Of a stretch of 64,000 nt of DNA, positions 26,728 through 36,372 are shown in pieces. The position numbers and the translations under genes were made by a program. The number at the start of each line of letters is the position of its first letter. Within the stretch, counting starts at the first letter, position 1. The notes beneath the pieces were generated by a model. That model saw nothing but the letters and a program-made list of their open reading frames with translations. It was not told the origin of the DNA and did no database searches. Source of the stretch: a virus (lineage: Duplodnaviria > Caudoviricetes); IMG/VR virus record IMGVR_UViG_3300010347_003561, positions 35,893-99,892 of that record; one strand, given 5' to 3'.

Positions 26728-27969
26728 ATGCACGACTTGGTCATACACGGCGATTGCCTGGACGTACTGTCCGAACTCGAAGAGAACTCCATCGACTCAA
26801 TAGTCACAGATCCGCCTTACGAGATACAGTTCATGAACCGGTCCTGGGATTCCACGGGCGTCTCGTTCAGCGTTGAGCTCTGGCCGAAATGTCTCCGGGT
26901 GTTGAAACCTGGTGGCCATCTCATCTCGTTCGGAGGCGTGAGAACTGCGCACAGGATAACCTGCGCGATAGAAGACGCTGGATTCGAAATCCGCGACATT
27001 CTCATGTGGCTATTCGGTTCGGGATACCCAAAATCGCACGATATATCGAAAGCGATAGACAGAGAACTCGGCCATTCAAGAGAGAAGGTCGCGATCCCTT
27101 CTTCGCAGGTAAGAAATCCGAAAAGTATAAACGGCGGTACCGGAATCGACGGAGGCGACCGCCCGTGGATGCAAAAAGCCATGGAGACCGGCTACCATGA
27201 AATGGATTCCAACGTGCCATCTTCGCAGGAAGCCAAAATGTGGCACGGCTGGGGAAGCGCCTTGAAACCAGCGTACGAACCGATAATAATGGCACGCAAA
27301 CCACTGTCGGAAAAGAACCTCGCGCTGAACGTACTCAAGTGGGGAACCGGCGGCCTCAACATCGACGCTTGCCGTATAGATCACAACGAGAAGCCGAAAA
27401 TAGTTACGCGAAAGGCGGAAGACCATTTCTGGACAGGCAAAAAACCCATAACGAAGCCAGAACTTCACACCGGAAGATGGCCGGCGAATCTTCTACTCGA
27501 CGGTTTCTCAGCGTTCATGCTAGATGAACAGACAGGCACGCTCAAAAGCGGGCTTATGAAAAAAGGGACTACGCGCCTGAACAGCGAAGGAGAAGGAAAA
27601 AACACCTACGGTTATATGTCCTCCGACAAAGTGAAGAACGACACTTACGGAGATTCCGGAGGCGCAAGCAGGTTCTTCTACTGCGCCAAAGTCTCGCCGA
27701 AGGAGAGAACTGCCGGTCAGAAGGTAGATAACAAGCACCCGACAGTCAAACCGATAAACCTGATGAAATACCTCATAACTCTCGTAACGCCGGCCTGCGG
27801 CCTGGTACTAGATCCGTTCTCCGGAAGCGGCTCGACGCTAATAGCGGCTGCGCTTGGAGGATTCCACTTCGTAGGAATCGAACGGGAAGAAGAATACGTG
27901 AAGATAGCGCGGGCGAGAATAGCGGAATTTGTACTAGACACTACCGTTAACGCCCAAGGAGGAACATGA
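26728..27969 (+). CDS. beta-class amino DNA methyltransferase (orphan)
   Basis: TDPPY, HPTVKP, DPFSGSGST. Confidence 0.92.
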   Translation: MHDLVIHGDCLDVLSELEENSIDSIVTDPPYEIQFMNRSWDSTGVSFSVELWPKCLRVLKPGGHLISFGGVRTAHRITCAIEDAGFEIRDILMWLFGSGYPKSHDISKAIDRELGHSREKVAIPSSQVRNPKSINGGTGIDGGDRPWMQKAMETGYHEMDSNVPSSQEAKMWHGWGSALKPAYEPIIMARKPLSEKNLALNVLKWGTGGLNIDACRIDHNEKPKIVTRKAEDHFWTGKKPITKPELHTGRWPANLLLDGFSAFMLDEQTGTLKSGLMKKGTTRLNSEGEGKNTYGYMSSDKVKNDTYGDSGGASRFFYCAKVSPKERTAGQKVDNKHPTVKPINLMKYLITLVTPACGLVLDPFSGSGSTLIAAALGGFHFVGIEREEEYVKIARARIAEFVLDTTVNAQGGT

Positions 27970-28277
27970 AAGTAAAACTCGAATTGACAACTCTAACAGC
28001 TTCATCGCAAACGCCCTTAGAAACGCAGGAAACGATTCTCGTAGAAGCAACAGGCGTCATAATCACTCCGTACGATTCGATTCCAATGTCCGGCGAAGCG
28101 ATAAACTGGATTCTCGAAATGATATATTCCGCAACAGACCAGTCGGAACTTCCGCAATTCGAACACGAAGCGGAAGCCTTTGGGGAAGGGGCAGAAACTT
28201 TCTCGTTCACCGAGTGGAGAATCGACATGGATATCGTCAAGAAAGAAGCGAAGAACATTTCGATACACAGGAGCTGA
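27966..28277 (+). CDS. hypothetical protein
   Basis: AAGGAGG RBS, ATGA overlap. Confidence 0.65.
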   Translation: MKVKLELTTLTASSQTPLETQETILVEATGVIITPYDSIPMSGEAINWILEMIYSATDQSELPQFEHEAEAFGEGAETFSFTEWRIDMDIVKKEAKNISIHRS

Positions 28278-28280
28278 CCG

Positions 28281-28853
28281 ATGGGAAGCTTCACGAAAGT
28301 CAAGGTAACGAGTCGCGGTACGCCGCAATCCACGAGACTCTTCATCGACGGCGTAGAGATCCACGACGTCTCCTTGATCGAGCATGTTCAAACGGCATGC
28401 AAACAGCCGGAGATTACGATCGTGATTCGCGGAAGACTCGAACTCGAAATCGAACAACCGAAGATCCTGCTCATGGCAACGCCAGACGAATACGAATTGG
28501 CGCTCGCTGTTGCGGCGATGATGAACAGTTGCAACAACTGCGTAGGCATCGTCTTCAACGGGTACGCTTACGAAGCAATAGTCGAGGAAAATCCGCCGCT
28601 CTTCTCCATCGACGGTCCCATGTCAACTATCGAACAGCCGGTCTGCAAGCTCTCGGATATACACCAGCTCGCGTCGTTCGTAATAACAGATAACAAACTG
28701 ACCGAAAAACTCGACAGTAACGATATCTATTTCTACCTCGACCGTCCGTCAGGAACAATGAGAGCCATGTTGACTCTCAGGCGAGGGGTAGTGGATTCGT
28801 GTAAAAAGGAGGACAAAATATGCCAAAACCGGTTCAGCTTATTGGAACCCTGA
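28281..28853 (+). CDS. hypothetical protein
   Basis: AGGAG RBS. Confidence 0.65.
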   Translation: MGSFTKVKVTSRGTPQSTRLFIDGVEIHDVSLIEHVQTACKQPEITIVIRGRLELEIEQPKILLMATPDEYELALAVAAMMNSCNNCVGIVFNGYAYEAIVEENPPLFSIDGPMSTIEQPVCKLSDIHQLASFVITDNKLTEKLDSNDIYFYLDRPSGTMRAMLTLRRGVVDSCKKEDKICQNRFSLLEP

Positions 28854-29188
28854 TAGTCAACGGTATCGAACAGTGCGCCAAAGAAGACGGCCAGACGAGG
28901 ATAGTCGGATACGACTACAAGGCCAAGAACATCTCCTACATTCCGCCCTCCGGCTACTTCGTGCCTCCGGAAACCTTCGAGGACGATATGACCGCGGCGA
29001 TAGCCAAATGGTGTGAAATGAACGGGAAACCGAAACCCGTACTCGAAGACAGGCCTATCGAAGAACCGAAGCCGAAGAAGATCACCAAGTATATGAAGAT
29101 CAACGTATTCAACTTCCACGCGGTGATAAACGACGGTGCAATAAGTATAGTGTACGTTTTCGACGACGATTTTGCGGTCGAAATTTAA
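28820..29188 (+). CDS. hypothetical protein
   Basis: AAGGAGG RBS. Confidence 0.65.
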   Translation: MPKPVQLIGTLIVNGIEQCAKEDGQTRIVGYDYKAKNISYIPPSGYFVPPETFEDDMTAAIAKWCEMNGKPKPVLEDRPIEEPKPKKITKYMKINVFNFHAVINDGAISIVYVFDDDFAVEI

Positions 29189-29285
29189 TCGCCGTCACGA
29201 GAACTATACTTCCTTTGTGAAAAACAAATACAGAAAACCAACGGTGGCCGCCCCTTGAGGGCGGTCCGCTTTTAAGGAGGTAAAT

Positions 29286-29723
29286 ATGCCGTATTGTAAG
29301 GTTTGCGGGAGACCACTGAAAGACGAAGAGAGTATCAGGCGAGAGATAGGCCCTGTTTGCTTCGCTCAAATCAAAGCGAGTTCGGAGACGAAAGAGATCG
29401 TGCCGCTGCCTGTTCCCGGCGAGTTTGAAGGGAACATCGTGCTTACCAGAGACAAGGAAGGCATCGCGATGACAAACGTGCCGAGATTCAAGATTTTTCA
29501 CAGCCCCGACGGCTACGAATGGGGATACTCCGGCTCCGGCCCGGCCGATCTCGCGCTCAACATACTCCTCCTCTTCGTGGAAGAGAGCGAGGCCTACAGA
29601 CTGCACCAGCAATTCAAATCGCAGTTCGTCGCTTCGATGCCCGAGGAGGGCGGAATCATAGAAAACAAGGACATAAGGAACTGGCTGGCAAAACAGACTG
29701 AATTGTGGGAGGTAGAGAAATGA
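29286..29723 (+). CDS. zinc finger (DUF6011-like) fused to DUF6166-like domain
   Basis: CKVCGRPL...S...IGPVC; HSPDGYEWGYSGSGPADLA. Confidence 0.75.
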   Translation: MPYCKVCGRPLKDEESIRREIGPVCFAQIKASSETKEIVPLPVPGEFEGNIVLTRDKEGIAMTNVPRFKIFHSPDGYEWGYSGSGPADLALNILLLFVEESEAYRLHQQFKSQFVASMPEEGGIIENKDIRNWLAKQTELWEVEK

Positions 29724-30028
29724 GCATTTTCGAAAGGTTTTGCACACTTTTGCCGTCGCTAATAAAACGCGGAGTCGAAGTCACGGTTTTAACGTTCTCG
29801 GACCAGTCGAGCATAATAGTTGACATGCCGGCAGTCAAAAAGGTTTATTCATACCACTTCTCAAAAGATTTCAAACTCGAAGACGTTACGGTATGCAACA
29901 CGGAAACTCATGATTGCTACTGCATAGCTCCGCGCTCCCTGGCACCGCGTATTTACTTCACATCGAAGAGGGAGGCTGCGTCAACGACCCACGGCAAAAG
30001 CCGGGAGCTAGTAGCTCTTGTTGACTAG
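29720..30028 (+). CDS. hypothetical protein whose C-terminus is altered by the inserted element
   Basis: GGAGG RBS; reads ...SKREAA into the element and stops inside it. Confidence 0.65.
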   Translation: MSIFERFCTLLPSLIKRGVEVTVLTFSDQSSIIVDMPAVKKVYSYHFSKDFKLEDVTVCNTETHDCYCIAPRSLAPRIYFTSKREAASTTHGKSRELVALVD

Positions 30029-30200
30029 CCTAAGTGTTTCGGACACTACGTTACCGACAAATGTATAGGCACCGTAGGATGCGTTCCCAAGTCTTACGCT
30101 CTGCGGTTAGTGGTTAAACAGTTCTGATGGGTAGGAACAGTGCTGCTAACGAGAAACTGTCGGATAACATTGGCGATGGGAAACTTACTCCGAAAGGAGG
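29980..30200 (+). ncRNA. HEARO / IscB omegaRNA scaffold
   Basis: Ordered blocks GTCAAC..GTTGACTAGCCTAAG..CTACGTT..ATAGGCACC..GGATG..CCAAGTC..CTCTGCG..GTTAAACAG..CAGTG..AACATTGGCGATGGG..CCGAAAGGAG. Confidence 0.88.
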
Positions 30201-30320
30201 TAGGCTATTGGTTAGCCTACACGGAGCTGGAGAGATCCAGCTCCTTACTATTATACGAAAGGTAGGTGAAGGCGTCATTCCTCACCGGGCTGAAGCCCTG
30301 TGTCTCCTGACGCCATTTCT
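29980..30320 (+). mobile_element. non-autonomous IS200/IS605-type element (omegaRNA without iscB)
   Basis: Starts GTCAACGACCCACGGCAAAAGCCGGG; ends with GGCGTCA-TTCCTCACCGGGCTGAAGCCCTGTGTCTCC-TGACGCC hairpin; no target duplication; removal restores GAGGCTGC|ATGA stop/start overlap. Confidence 0.85.
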
Positions 30321-30659
30321 ATGAAAAACATCGTATTGCAGTACGTCGAGGTCATCGACATAATAATGGACGAAAAACCGGGAGCTGAACTGTCGAAAGA
30401 AGCCCTCTCGCAGGTACAGTCGATGTCGGCCAGGGAAAGGCGGAAGCTCTTCAGGTACCAGAAAATAGACAAGGCCATCACAATGGCCGCGAAACGTCTT
30501 TCGATGGATAGAACCACACTGGCCTGGAGTGTCGAATGCTACCTCGACTGGAACAGAGAACCGTACAGACCGCTGTCGAAAGACGAAGAAGATACGATAC
30601 TCGCCTGTCTCCTCGAAGACGAATACGAGTCGCTGGTCAAAAGCAGACGAAAAATGTAG
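30321..30659 (+). CDS. hypothetical protein (RBS displaced by the insertion)
   Basis: ATG immediately after the element end. Confidence 0.65.
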   Translation: MKNIVLQYVEVIDIIMDEKPGAELSKEALSQVQSMSARERRKLFRYQKIDKAITMAAKRLSMDRTTLAWSVECYLDWNREPYRPLSKDEEDTILACLLEDEYESLVKSRRKM

Positions 30660-30720
30660 CTGTTCCGTTTGGAGCGGCTTTTTTTATCCACAACGGCGCA
30701 CACTAGAATGACGTTGGGTG

Positions 30721-31215
30721 ATGAATATGAGAAAACTTGTGTACCTAGCACTGATCTTGACCACGCTCCTGTACGCCGTAAAGGTCTCGCCGCTTCAAAT
30801 AATGGAATGGTCCGAAGAAGTCGAGACGAAGAACGAGATAGAGCCGGAATTGCTTGCGGCGATAGCCTTCTGTGAATCGAGTTTCAGGTCCTCCGTCGTG
30901 AGCGAAAGCGGCGCCGTAGGACTTTTCCAGTTCAAGGAGATAGCTGTCAAGGACGTCGCGAACAGATTATGGAAGGCCTTCGATCCGTACGACCCGGAAC
31001 AATCGACTCACGCCGCCAAGTATTACCTATCGTGGCTCATGGACCATTTCGACTCGCTCGAATTGGTTATAATGGCATGGAATTTCGGATACGGGAACAC
31101 GAAGAAGTATCTGAACGGCGGAGAAATCGAAGAAGACGTTCTGGTCTTCGTCGAAAGAGTTATGTCTCTGTTTGAGGAGTACAAAGCCCTATACACTTCA
31201 AAACCAGCAGAATAG
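30721..31215 (+). CDS. lytic transglycosylase (SLT domain) with N-terminal signal/anchor
   Basis: AIAFCESSF, SGAVGLFQ, AWNFG; hydrophobic N-terminus. Confidence 0.88.
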   Translation: MNMRKLVYLALILTTLLYAVKVSPLQIMEWSEEVETKNEIEPELLAAIAFCESSFRSSVVSESGAVGLFQFKEIAVKDVANRLWKAFDPYDPEQSTHAAKYYLSWLMDHFDSLELVIMAWNFGYGNTKKYLNGGEIEEDVLVFVERVMSLFEEYKALYTSKPAE

Positions 31216-31244
31216 TTGTACCGTTTCGCCAAAAAGGAGAATAC

Positions 31245-31790
31245 ATGAATACGAACGGATTAGAGTTCGCAATCCCTTTCCTTGCAAACGAAGATCTAAT
31301 ACGCGATACGCTCGAAAAAAGCCTGCGAGAATGTGCGCATGGAAAAGCCATCATCGTAATCGGTCTGGCAGATGGCGACGGAAACGTTTCGGCTAATTCG
31401 ACACCTGCCTTCGTAATAAAACTCTCCGAGGACCGCGTGCGATTGCACCTCATCGTAAAATACAGGGACGCCGGATACGTGGTCAAGAGCAAGCCGCAGA
31501 TAGACAGTCCTGCTAACGATCAGAAAGTCTCTGACCTCGTGGCAAAACTCTTCGCAAAGCTCCGGGGCGTTCCTTTCCTCGATGTCCAGACCCAGCATCT
31601 CAAAATGAAACTCTCGAAGGACGGAGAAGAGATATATACCTTCAAAGCGTTGTCTGTCATACCGTTATTGCTAGACACAGAATTCACAACACTCTGCCCG
31701 AAATGCGCGAACCCTTTCCCGGGCGATTTCATAGAGGCATTCGGCGAGTGTACGTATTGCCATTTTCATAAGGAGGACAAAGCAGCATGA
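31245..31790 (+). CDS. hypothetical protein with C-terminal zinc finger
   Basis: CPKC...CTYC. Confidence 0.7.
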   Translation: MNTNGLEFAIPFLANEDLIRDTLEKSLRECAHGKAIIVIGLADGDGNVSANSTPAFVIKLSEDRVRLHLIVKYRDAGYVVKSKPQIDSPANDQKVSDLVAKLFAKLRGVPFLDVQTQHLKMKLSKDGEEIYTFKALSVIPLLLDTEFTTLCPKCANPFPGDFIEAFGECTYCHFHKEDKAA

Positions 31791-32482
31791 AAGAACAGCT
31801 AACAGACGCTCTGAGGAGCATGAACCTGACATTCAGGGATTATTCTATATCGGTAGGCGACATGGACAAGCTCGGCTGTATCGAGGTCCTGCACGGGAAG
31901 CCCTACTGTGTCGTAGCAGGCAAGTTCAGAATCCTGAACGGCTGGTGCGCGAAGCATGCCGGCGAAGGCTACTTCTATACGGCCGAAATAGTCGAGAAGA
32001 AGTCCGAGAAAGACTTCGTAGAAATAACTACGAAAATTGAACTTCTCAACGGAGAAGGGAAACTCCTTGGCAGCGCCACAGGCACTGCCAGGGAAATAAG
32101 GGAAGGCAACATAAACCTTAAATACGCTAACGAGAACTGTGAAACTTCATCGTATGGCCGCACCCTTTCTTTCCTCGGCGTAGGTCTGGAACTCGGCGTT
32201 CTGGAATCGGCCGACAGGATGAAGGCCGTCTTCTCGGAGAATTCCAAACCGGAAGCCTCCGATAAGCAGAAACAGTTCGCCCGCGAGATATACGACGGGA
32301 CCAGATGCAAGATAACCGCCGAAGGAAGAGAAATGATCGAAGAGGCACTTGCCGAAGCCGGAGACGATCCAGGCGAGGACGGCGATATCTTCGCCAACCT
32401 GTCCAAGCCATCTGCAGAAAAGATTTTCAATTTGTTGAAAGCAGGAAAACTCGGCCAGAACGTTTACAAGCGGGCAGCTTAA
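31787..32482 (+). CDS. putative single-strand annealing protein
   Basis: ATGTARE...ENCETSSYGRTLSFLG motif seen in phage Rad52/ERF-like proteins; ASDKQ C-terminal motif. Confidence 0.5.
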   Translation: MKEQLTDALRSMNLTFRDYSISVGDMDKLGCIEVLHGKPYCVVAGKFRILNGWCAKHAGEGYFYTAEIVEKKSEKDFVEITTKIELLNGEGKLLGSATGTAREIREGNINLKYANENCETSSYGRTLSFLGVGLELGVLESADRMKAVFSENSKPEASDKQKQFAREIYDGTRCKITAEGREMIEEALAEAGDDPGEDGDIFANLSKPSAEKIFNLLKAGKLGQNVYKRAA

Positions 32483-32673
32483 CGAACCGTTTCAATGTGA
32501 GAAAATAGTCGAGGGGCGTACCTTAGCTCTTCGGCTATTTTTTTGTTCGAAAAGGGGGACTGAAATTCAAAACCGGACACAAACAATTCGATTCTCAAAC
32601 CACATTCTTAAGGAAAGGCGAATTCATATCTGCAACGCAGAACAGCAGAATAATACACTCCAAACACTACCGG

Positions 32674-32976
32674 ATGGAAGTGAAAGGCGAAGGAACGGTC
32701 CGAGAATTCGACCTCCGTTTCTTCGAAAACCTGCCGGGCAAGATCGTAGAGTGTTTGAAAGAAAATGAAGACACCAACGTTTATCTATACGAACTCTTCC
32801 ATATCATGCAAAACGGGAACAAGAAAGTACACGGCTACATCGTCACGGACACGGCGCACAATATAATCGAAATGTACGTAGCCAGCAACTCCAAAAGCAC
32901 GAACATAACGAAGGCAATTGCCAACGAGCTATTCGGCGACGATTCGAAAGACAAGTTAGAGTTCAACGGATCGTAG
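32674..32976 (+). CDS. hypothetical protein
   Basis: ORF track; start uncertain. Confidence 0.55.
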   Translation: MEVKGEGTVREFDLRFFENLPGKIVECLKENEDTNVYLYELFHIMQNGNKKVHGYIVTDTAHNIIEMYVASNSKSTNITKAIANELFGDDSKDKLEFNGS

Positions 32977-33018
32977 CTTTTAACCGTACACAACGACTTT
33001 ACAATCGGTTCGAAAGGA

Positions 33019-33441
33019 GTGAGCCGATTGAGCTTTTCAAAGAGTTCGATAGTGGATATATCGACCCATTGCGCCGGACGCGACAAACTTCTTCTCATAA
33101 GATCTATTCAGTACGTGGCCAACAAGTACGAAATAACCCCACGCCAGATCTCGGAACGCCTTCAAGCGAAAGAGAAGGACAGGTCCGACCTTGTCGAAAT
33201 CCTGAACGCCGCTTACGAAATAGCGATATGCAACAGTCTGAAATCGCTCGATCTATCCGTCGATATAAGCGTTTGCATAGACGACAGCGGCTCGATGGAT
33301 ATAAACGCATTTGTGCCACCAGACCTCTTAGGCACGACCGATGTACTGCTTAAAGAGATAGTTTTAATGTATCCAGACGCAAGCGTCTCCATAATGGAAC
33401 CATATCCTGAAGATGAAGACGAAGAAGAAATAACATCATAG
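33019..33441 (+). CDS. hypothetical protein
   Basis: AAGGAG RBS. Confidence 0.65.
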   Translation: MSRLSFSKSSIVDISTHCAGRDKLLLIRSIQYVANKYEITPRQISERLQAKEKDRSDLVEILNAAYEIAICNSLKSLDLSVDISVCIDDSGSMDINAFVPPDLLGTTDVLLKEIVLMYPDASVSIMEPYPEDEDEEEITS

Positions 33442-33451
33442 GAGGCAAGAA

Positions 33452-34051
33452 ATGGAACTTGACAGCGAAGCGCTTCGACAATTGCTATCGACAATAAATT
33501 CGAATAAAACAGCTTTCATACAGGAAGCCCTCAAAAACAACGACAGGGGAATGATAATCAGGCGACTGGCAAACACGATAAGCGATATAGCTTCCGAGAT
33601 ATCGAGCAAAGCATATTCGTCCAATAGAATAGACGGCATTTCCGACGTAGTTATAGATAACATTGACATGGTATTCCTCAACAGCGAGAAGATGCGCCTG
33701 ATATCTCTCGTCGGCAATTCGGTGGTCGGCATCTTGACGATCACAAACGATAATCCTACGAACGTCAAGACCGATTACAGGCAGATGTTCACCAGCATGC
33801 TGATAGCGGACGCCACGAAAGCTATACTCATACACAACCACCCCGAGGGAATCAGCAAGCCTTCCGAGCAAGACATTAAATTCACCGAGGTCTTCAAAGA
33901 GCTGTGCAGCGTTTTCGACATAACGCTCAGAGACCATTTTGTAATATCCAAAAGCGGAGTTTACGGGATACTCAGCGGCGAAGAAGAGCTGTTTGACGAA
34001 GAAGACCTTCCGATTCTCAGAGACATAGCCAGAAGAAGACTGAAGGAGTGA
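33452..34051 (+). CDS. RadC-like JAB domain protein
   Basis: LIHNHPEG...PSEQD...LRDHFVI. Confidence 0.85.
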   Translation: MELDSEALRQLLSTINSNKTAFIQEALKNNDRGMIIRRLANTISDIASEISSKAYSSNRIDGISDVVIDNIDMVFLNSEKMRLISLVGNSVVGILTITNDNPTNVKTDYRQMFTSMLIADATKAILIHNHPEGISKPSEQDIKFTEVFKELCSVFDITLRDHFVISKSGVYGILSGEEELFDEEDLPILRDIARRRLKE

Positions 34052-34055
34052 TCTT

Positions 34056-34361
34056 ATGAACAGGAAAGAAGAGACACGCGTGATTTTATTGACCGCCTTC
34101 GATACTAAAATGTACAACGAAGACGGGATCTGCACGGTAGAAATACTCGTCGAAAGCACTGTCTGCTACGGCAATATACAGGTTCAGTGTACGATGCCCT
34201 ATTCAAAATCCTTGAAACCGGCTTCGTCGCCGCTCGAAATAATGAAAGAGGCGCAGGAAGAGGCAATCGCAAATCTGAAACTGTCAATCGGAATTCAAGA
34301 ACTGGTCTGGAAAATCGACGAAAAGCCAAAGAGGAGGAAAACAAGTGCCAAATCTGAATGA
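34056..34361 (+). CDS. hypothetical protein
   Basis: AAGGAG RBS. Confidence 0.65.
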   Translation: MNRKEETRVILLTAFDTKMYNEDGICTVEILVESTVCYGNIQVQCTMPYSKSLKPASSPLEIMKEAQEEAIANLKLSIGIQELVWKIDEKPKRRKTSAKSE

Positions 34362-34740
34362 AAAGATCGCAGAAAAACTCGGAATCTCGAAAGCACAGAT
34401 CGTGTCGATCGACGAACTGCTGTATTCTATAAACAGCTCAATGCCGGAAATAGTAACCGAAATGGCCATCGACGGATATGCAATAATAAATCCGGCGAGT
34501 ATCCGCGATAAGATACTCGACAAAGTAGAAGACTTCCTCGACGAAGCCCTCGGGCTTGAACTGATCGAAGCGGAAGAACCAGAAATGGTACAGGAATCGG
34601 ACATGTCCGAAATCGAAAAGTTCTTGAGAGATATATCCTCCGGTTTCTCCGGTTTTATCAACGGGAAGAGATACGACCTAAGAAACAAGAACGAAGCCGA
34701 AGAATTCGGGAAAGCACTGACAAAACTTATGAGCAAATGA
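34345..34740 (+). CDS. hypothetical protein
   Basis: GAGGAGG RBS, GTG start. Confidence 0.65.
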   Translation: MPNLNEKIAEKLGISKAQIVSIDELLYSINSSMPEIVTEMAIDGYAIINPASIRDKILDKVEDFLDEALGLELIEAEEPEMVQESDMSEIEKFLRDISSGFSGFINGKRYDLRNKNEAEEFGKALTKLMSK

Positions 34741-34778
34741 GAGCCGGGCGCAGTCCCGGCTCTTTCTGGAGGCTGTGA

Positions 34779-35441
34779 ATGGAGATAAAAGTTTTGGATA
34801 AAGGCTTCGTCCGTCTTGAAGACCGTTTCGGCGATGACTTCTCCGCCGTCCAGGCCGCGAGGGTCAGCTACAACAAGGGGCTGACCACTCCCGAGCGGGA
34901 CGAGAAACTCCTCGAATACCTGATGGAGAAGGGACACACTTCCTGTTTCGAACACATGGTCATGAAACTCCACATAAAGCTGCCGATATTTGTAATGAGG
35001 CAGCTAGTGAGGCACAGGATAGCTTCGATCAACGAAAGGAGCGGCCGCTACACTCAGTTCGACCCGGAATGGTACGTCCCATCCGAAATTCGCGCGCAGG
35101 ATTCTTACGACAGGCAGAAGAGCGTTTCGTCGGAAAGGTCCGACGTATCTTTCCTGTTCGAAAAGGTCTGCAGAGATTCCTTCGAGATATACACGAAGCT
35201 TCTCGAGGCAGGAGTGGCGCGCGAGCAGGCGCGCATCGTGCTGCCAACTTCCATGTACACGGAGATCTACTGGACTATAAACATCAGAAGTCTTATGAAC
35301 TTTCTGAACCTGCGCGCCGATTCACATGCGCAGTTCGAGATGCAGCAGTACGCGAAAGCGATAGCGAGAATCTTCGAGGAAACTTACCCGCTGACCTACA
35401 AGGCCTTTCTCAAATTCGTTTACAGAGGCGATGTGCTTTGA
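34779..35441 (+). CDS. thyX: flavin-dependent thymidylate synthase
   Basis: AARVSY, GHTSCFEH, RHRIASINERSGRY, AREQARIVLP, LRADSHAQFE. Confidence 0.96.
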   Translation: MEIKVLDKGFVRLEDRFGDDFSAVQAARVSYNKGLTTPERDEKLLEYLMEKGHTSCFEHMVMKLHIKLPIFVMRQLVRHRIASINERSGRYTQFDPEWYVPSEIRAQDSYDRQKSVSSERSDVSFLFEKVCRDSFEIYTKLLEAGVAREQARIVLPTSMYTEIYWTINIRSLMNFLNLRADSHAQFEMQQYAKAIARIFEETYPLTYKAFLKFVYRGDVL

Positions 35442-36310
35442 ACCCGGCAGAGGTTTTCAACAACAGAATACTGGCACTGAAGAAGGAACTGGAAAGTCAT
35501 TTCAAAAACAATCCGTCGCAAGTGCTCAAGATCTCGTCGAAAGACGCCATGTCAATAACCGGTTGCAGGAAACCAGATTCCCTGAAGAGCATAACGGAAA
35601 AGATGGAACTGTACTTCAACTTTGTATTTTATTACAAGACTTACGACTGTTTCTACTTCGTGGCCCTTCTGACGGAGGAGGATAAACCCATCCGATCAAA
35701 AGGCTTAGACATTATCGAGTTCTTCGTGTACAGATACGTCGCAAACATGGCGCAAGAATCGAAATGCGTCGATTCACAGACTATTTCTAATTTTCTCTGC
35801 TTCAAATCGACGTCTGAATTCATGGAAGTAGCAAACTCCCTGCAGAGAAAAGGGCTTATCCGTATAGAAAGCTCAGAAACCGGTATTCAATTAAGCCCTT
35901 CGATTAAGAAACCTCAGATTGAGGCCACGGAGTTGCCAGCCAGCGAAATTGCGAGACTAAATTCGAAGATAGACAGCATCGGTCGGGCATACAACGACGC
36001 GCTCAACTTGATCATAGACGAGATCGAAATGTTGACAGGCGAGTTGGTATCGCAAGCTGACGAAATCAACGCTCTCAAAAACACCGTTAGAAAAATCGAA
36101 GAGGACGGCAAAAGCATCACAGAGAAATACTTCGAATTGAAAGCAGAGATCGACGCTTTGAAAATTCCGACCGGAACTGCGCTCGAACGCCTGTCGAAAT
36201 TAAACAGCCGGCACGAAGATACAATTATTACTGAAAGCAAAAAGCAAGGCGGTATAAAACACGACCAGAATAAATTAGAACAACTGCGCAAGATCGTCAA
36301 ACTCAACTGA
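35438..36310 (+). CDS. hypothetical protein (possible wHTH plus coiled coil)
   Basis: TTGA-coupled start; LQRKGLIRI helix-wing pattern; heptad-rich C-terminus. Confidence 0.55.
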   Translation: MNPAEVFNNRILALKKELESHFKNNPSQVLKISSKDAMSITGCRKPDSLKSITEKMELYFNFVFYYKTYDCFYFVALLTEEDKPIRSKGLDIIEFFVYRYVANMAQESKCVDSQTISNFLCFKSTSEFMEVANSLQRKGLIRIESSETGIQLSPSIKKPQIEATELPASEIARLNSKIDSIGRAYNDALNLIIDEIEMLTGELVSQADEINALKNTVRKIEEDGKSITEKYFELKAEIDALKIPTGTALERLSKLNSRHEDTIITESKKQGGIKHDQNKLEQLRKIVKLN

Positions 36311-36372
36311 CCACATACCCTTTATCAGGCCGCCGCCACGGGCGGCCACTTTTTTTGAAAGGAGTTGAATGA

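Noticed and set aside
30127-30324. 65-aa ORF as an IscB remnant
   Set aside because: No PLMP, RuvC or HNH motifs; it lies across the RNA scaffold and terminal hairpins.
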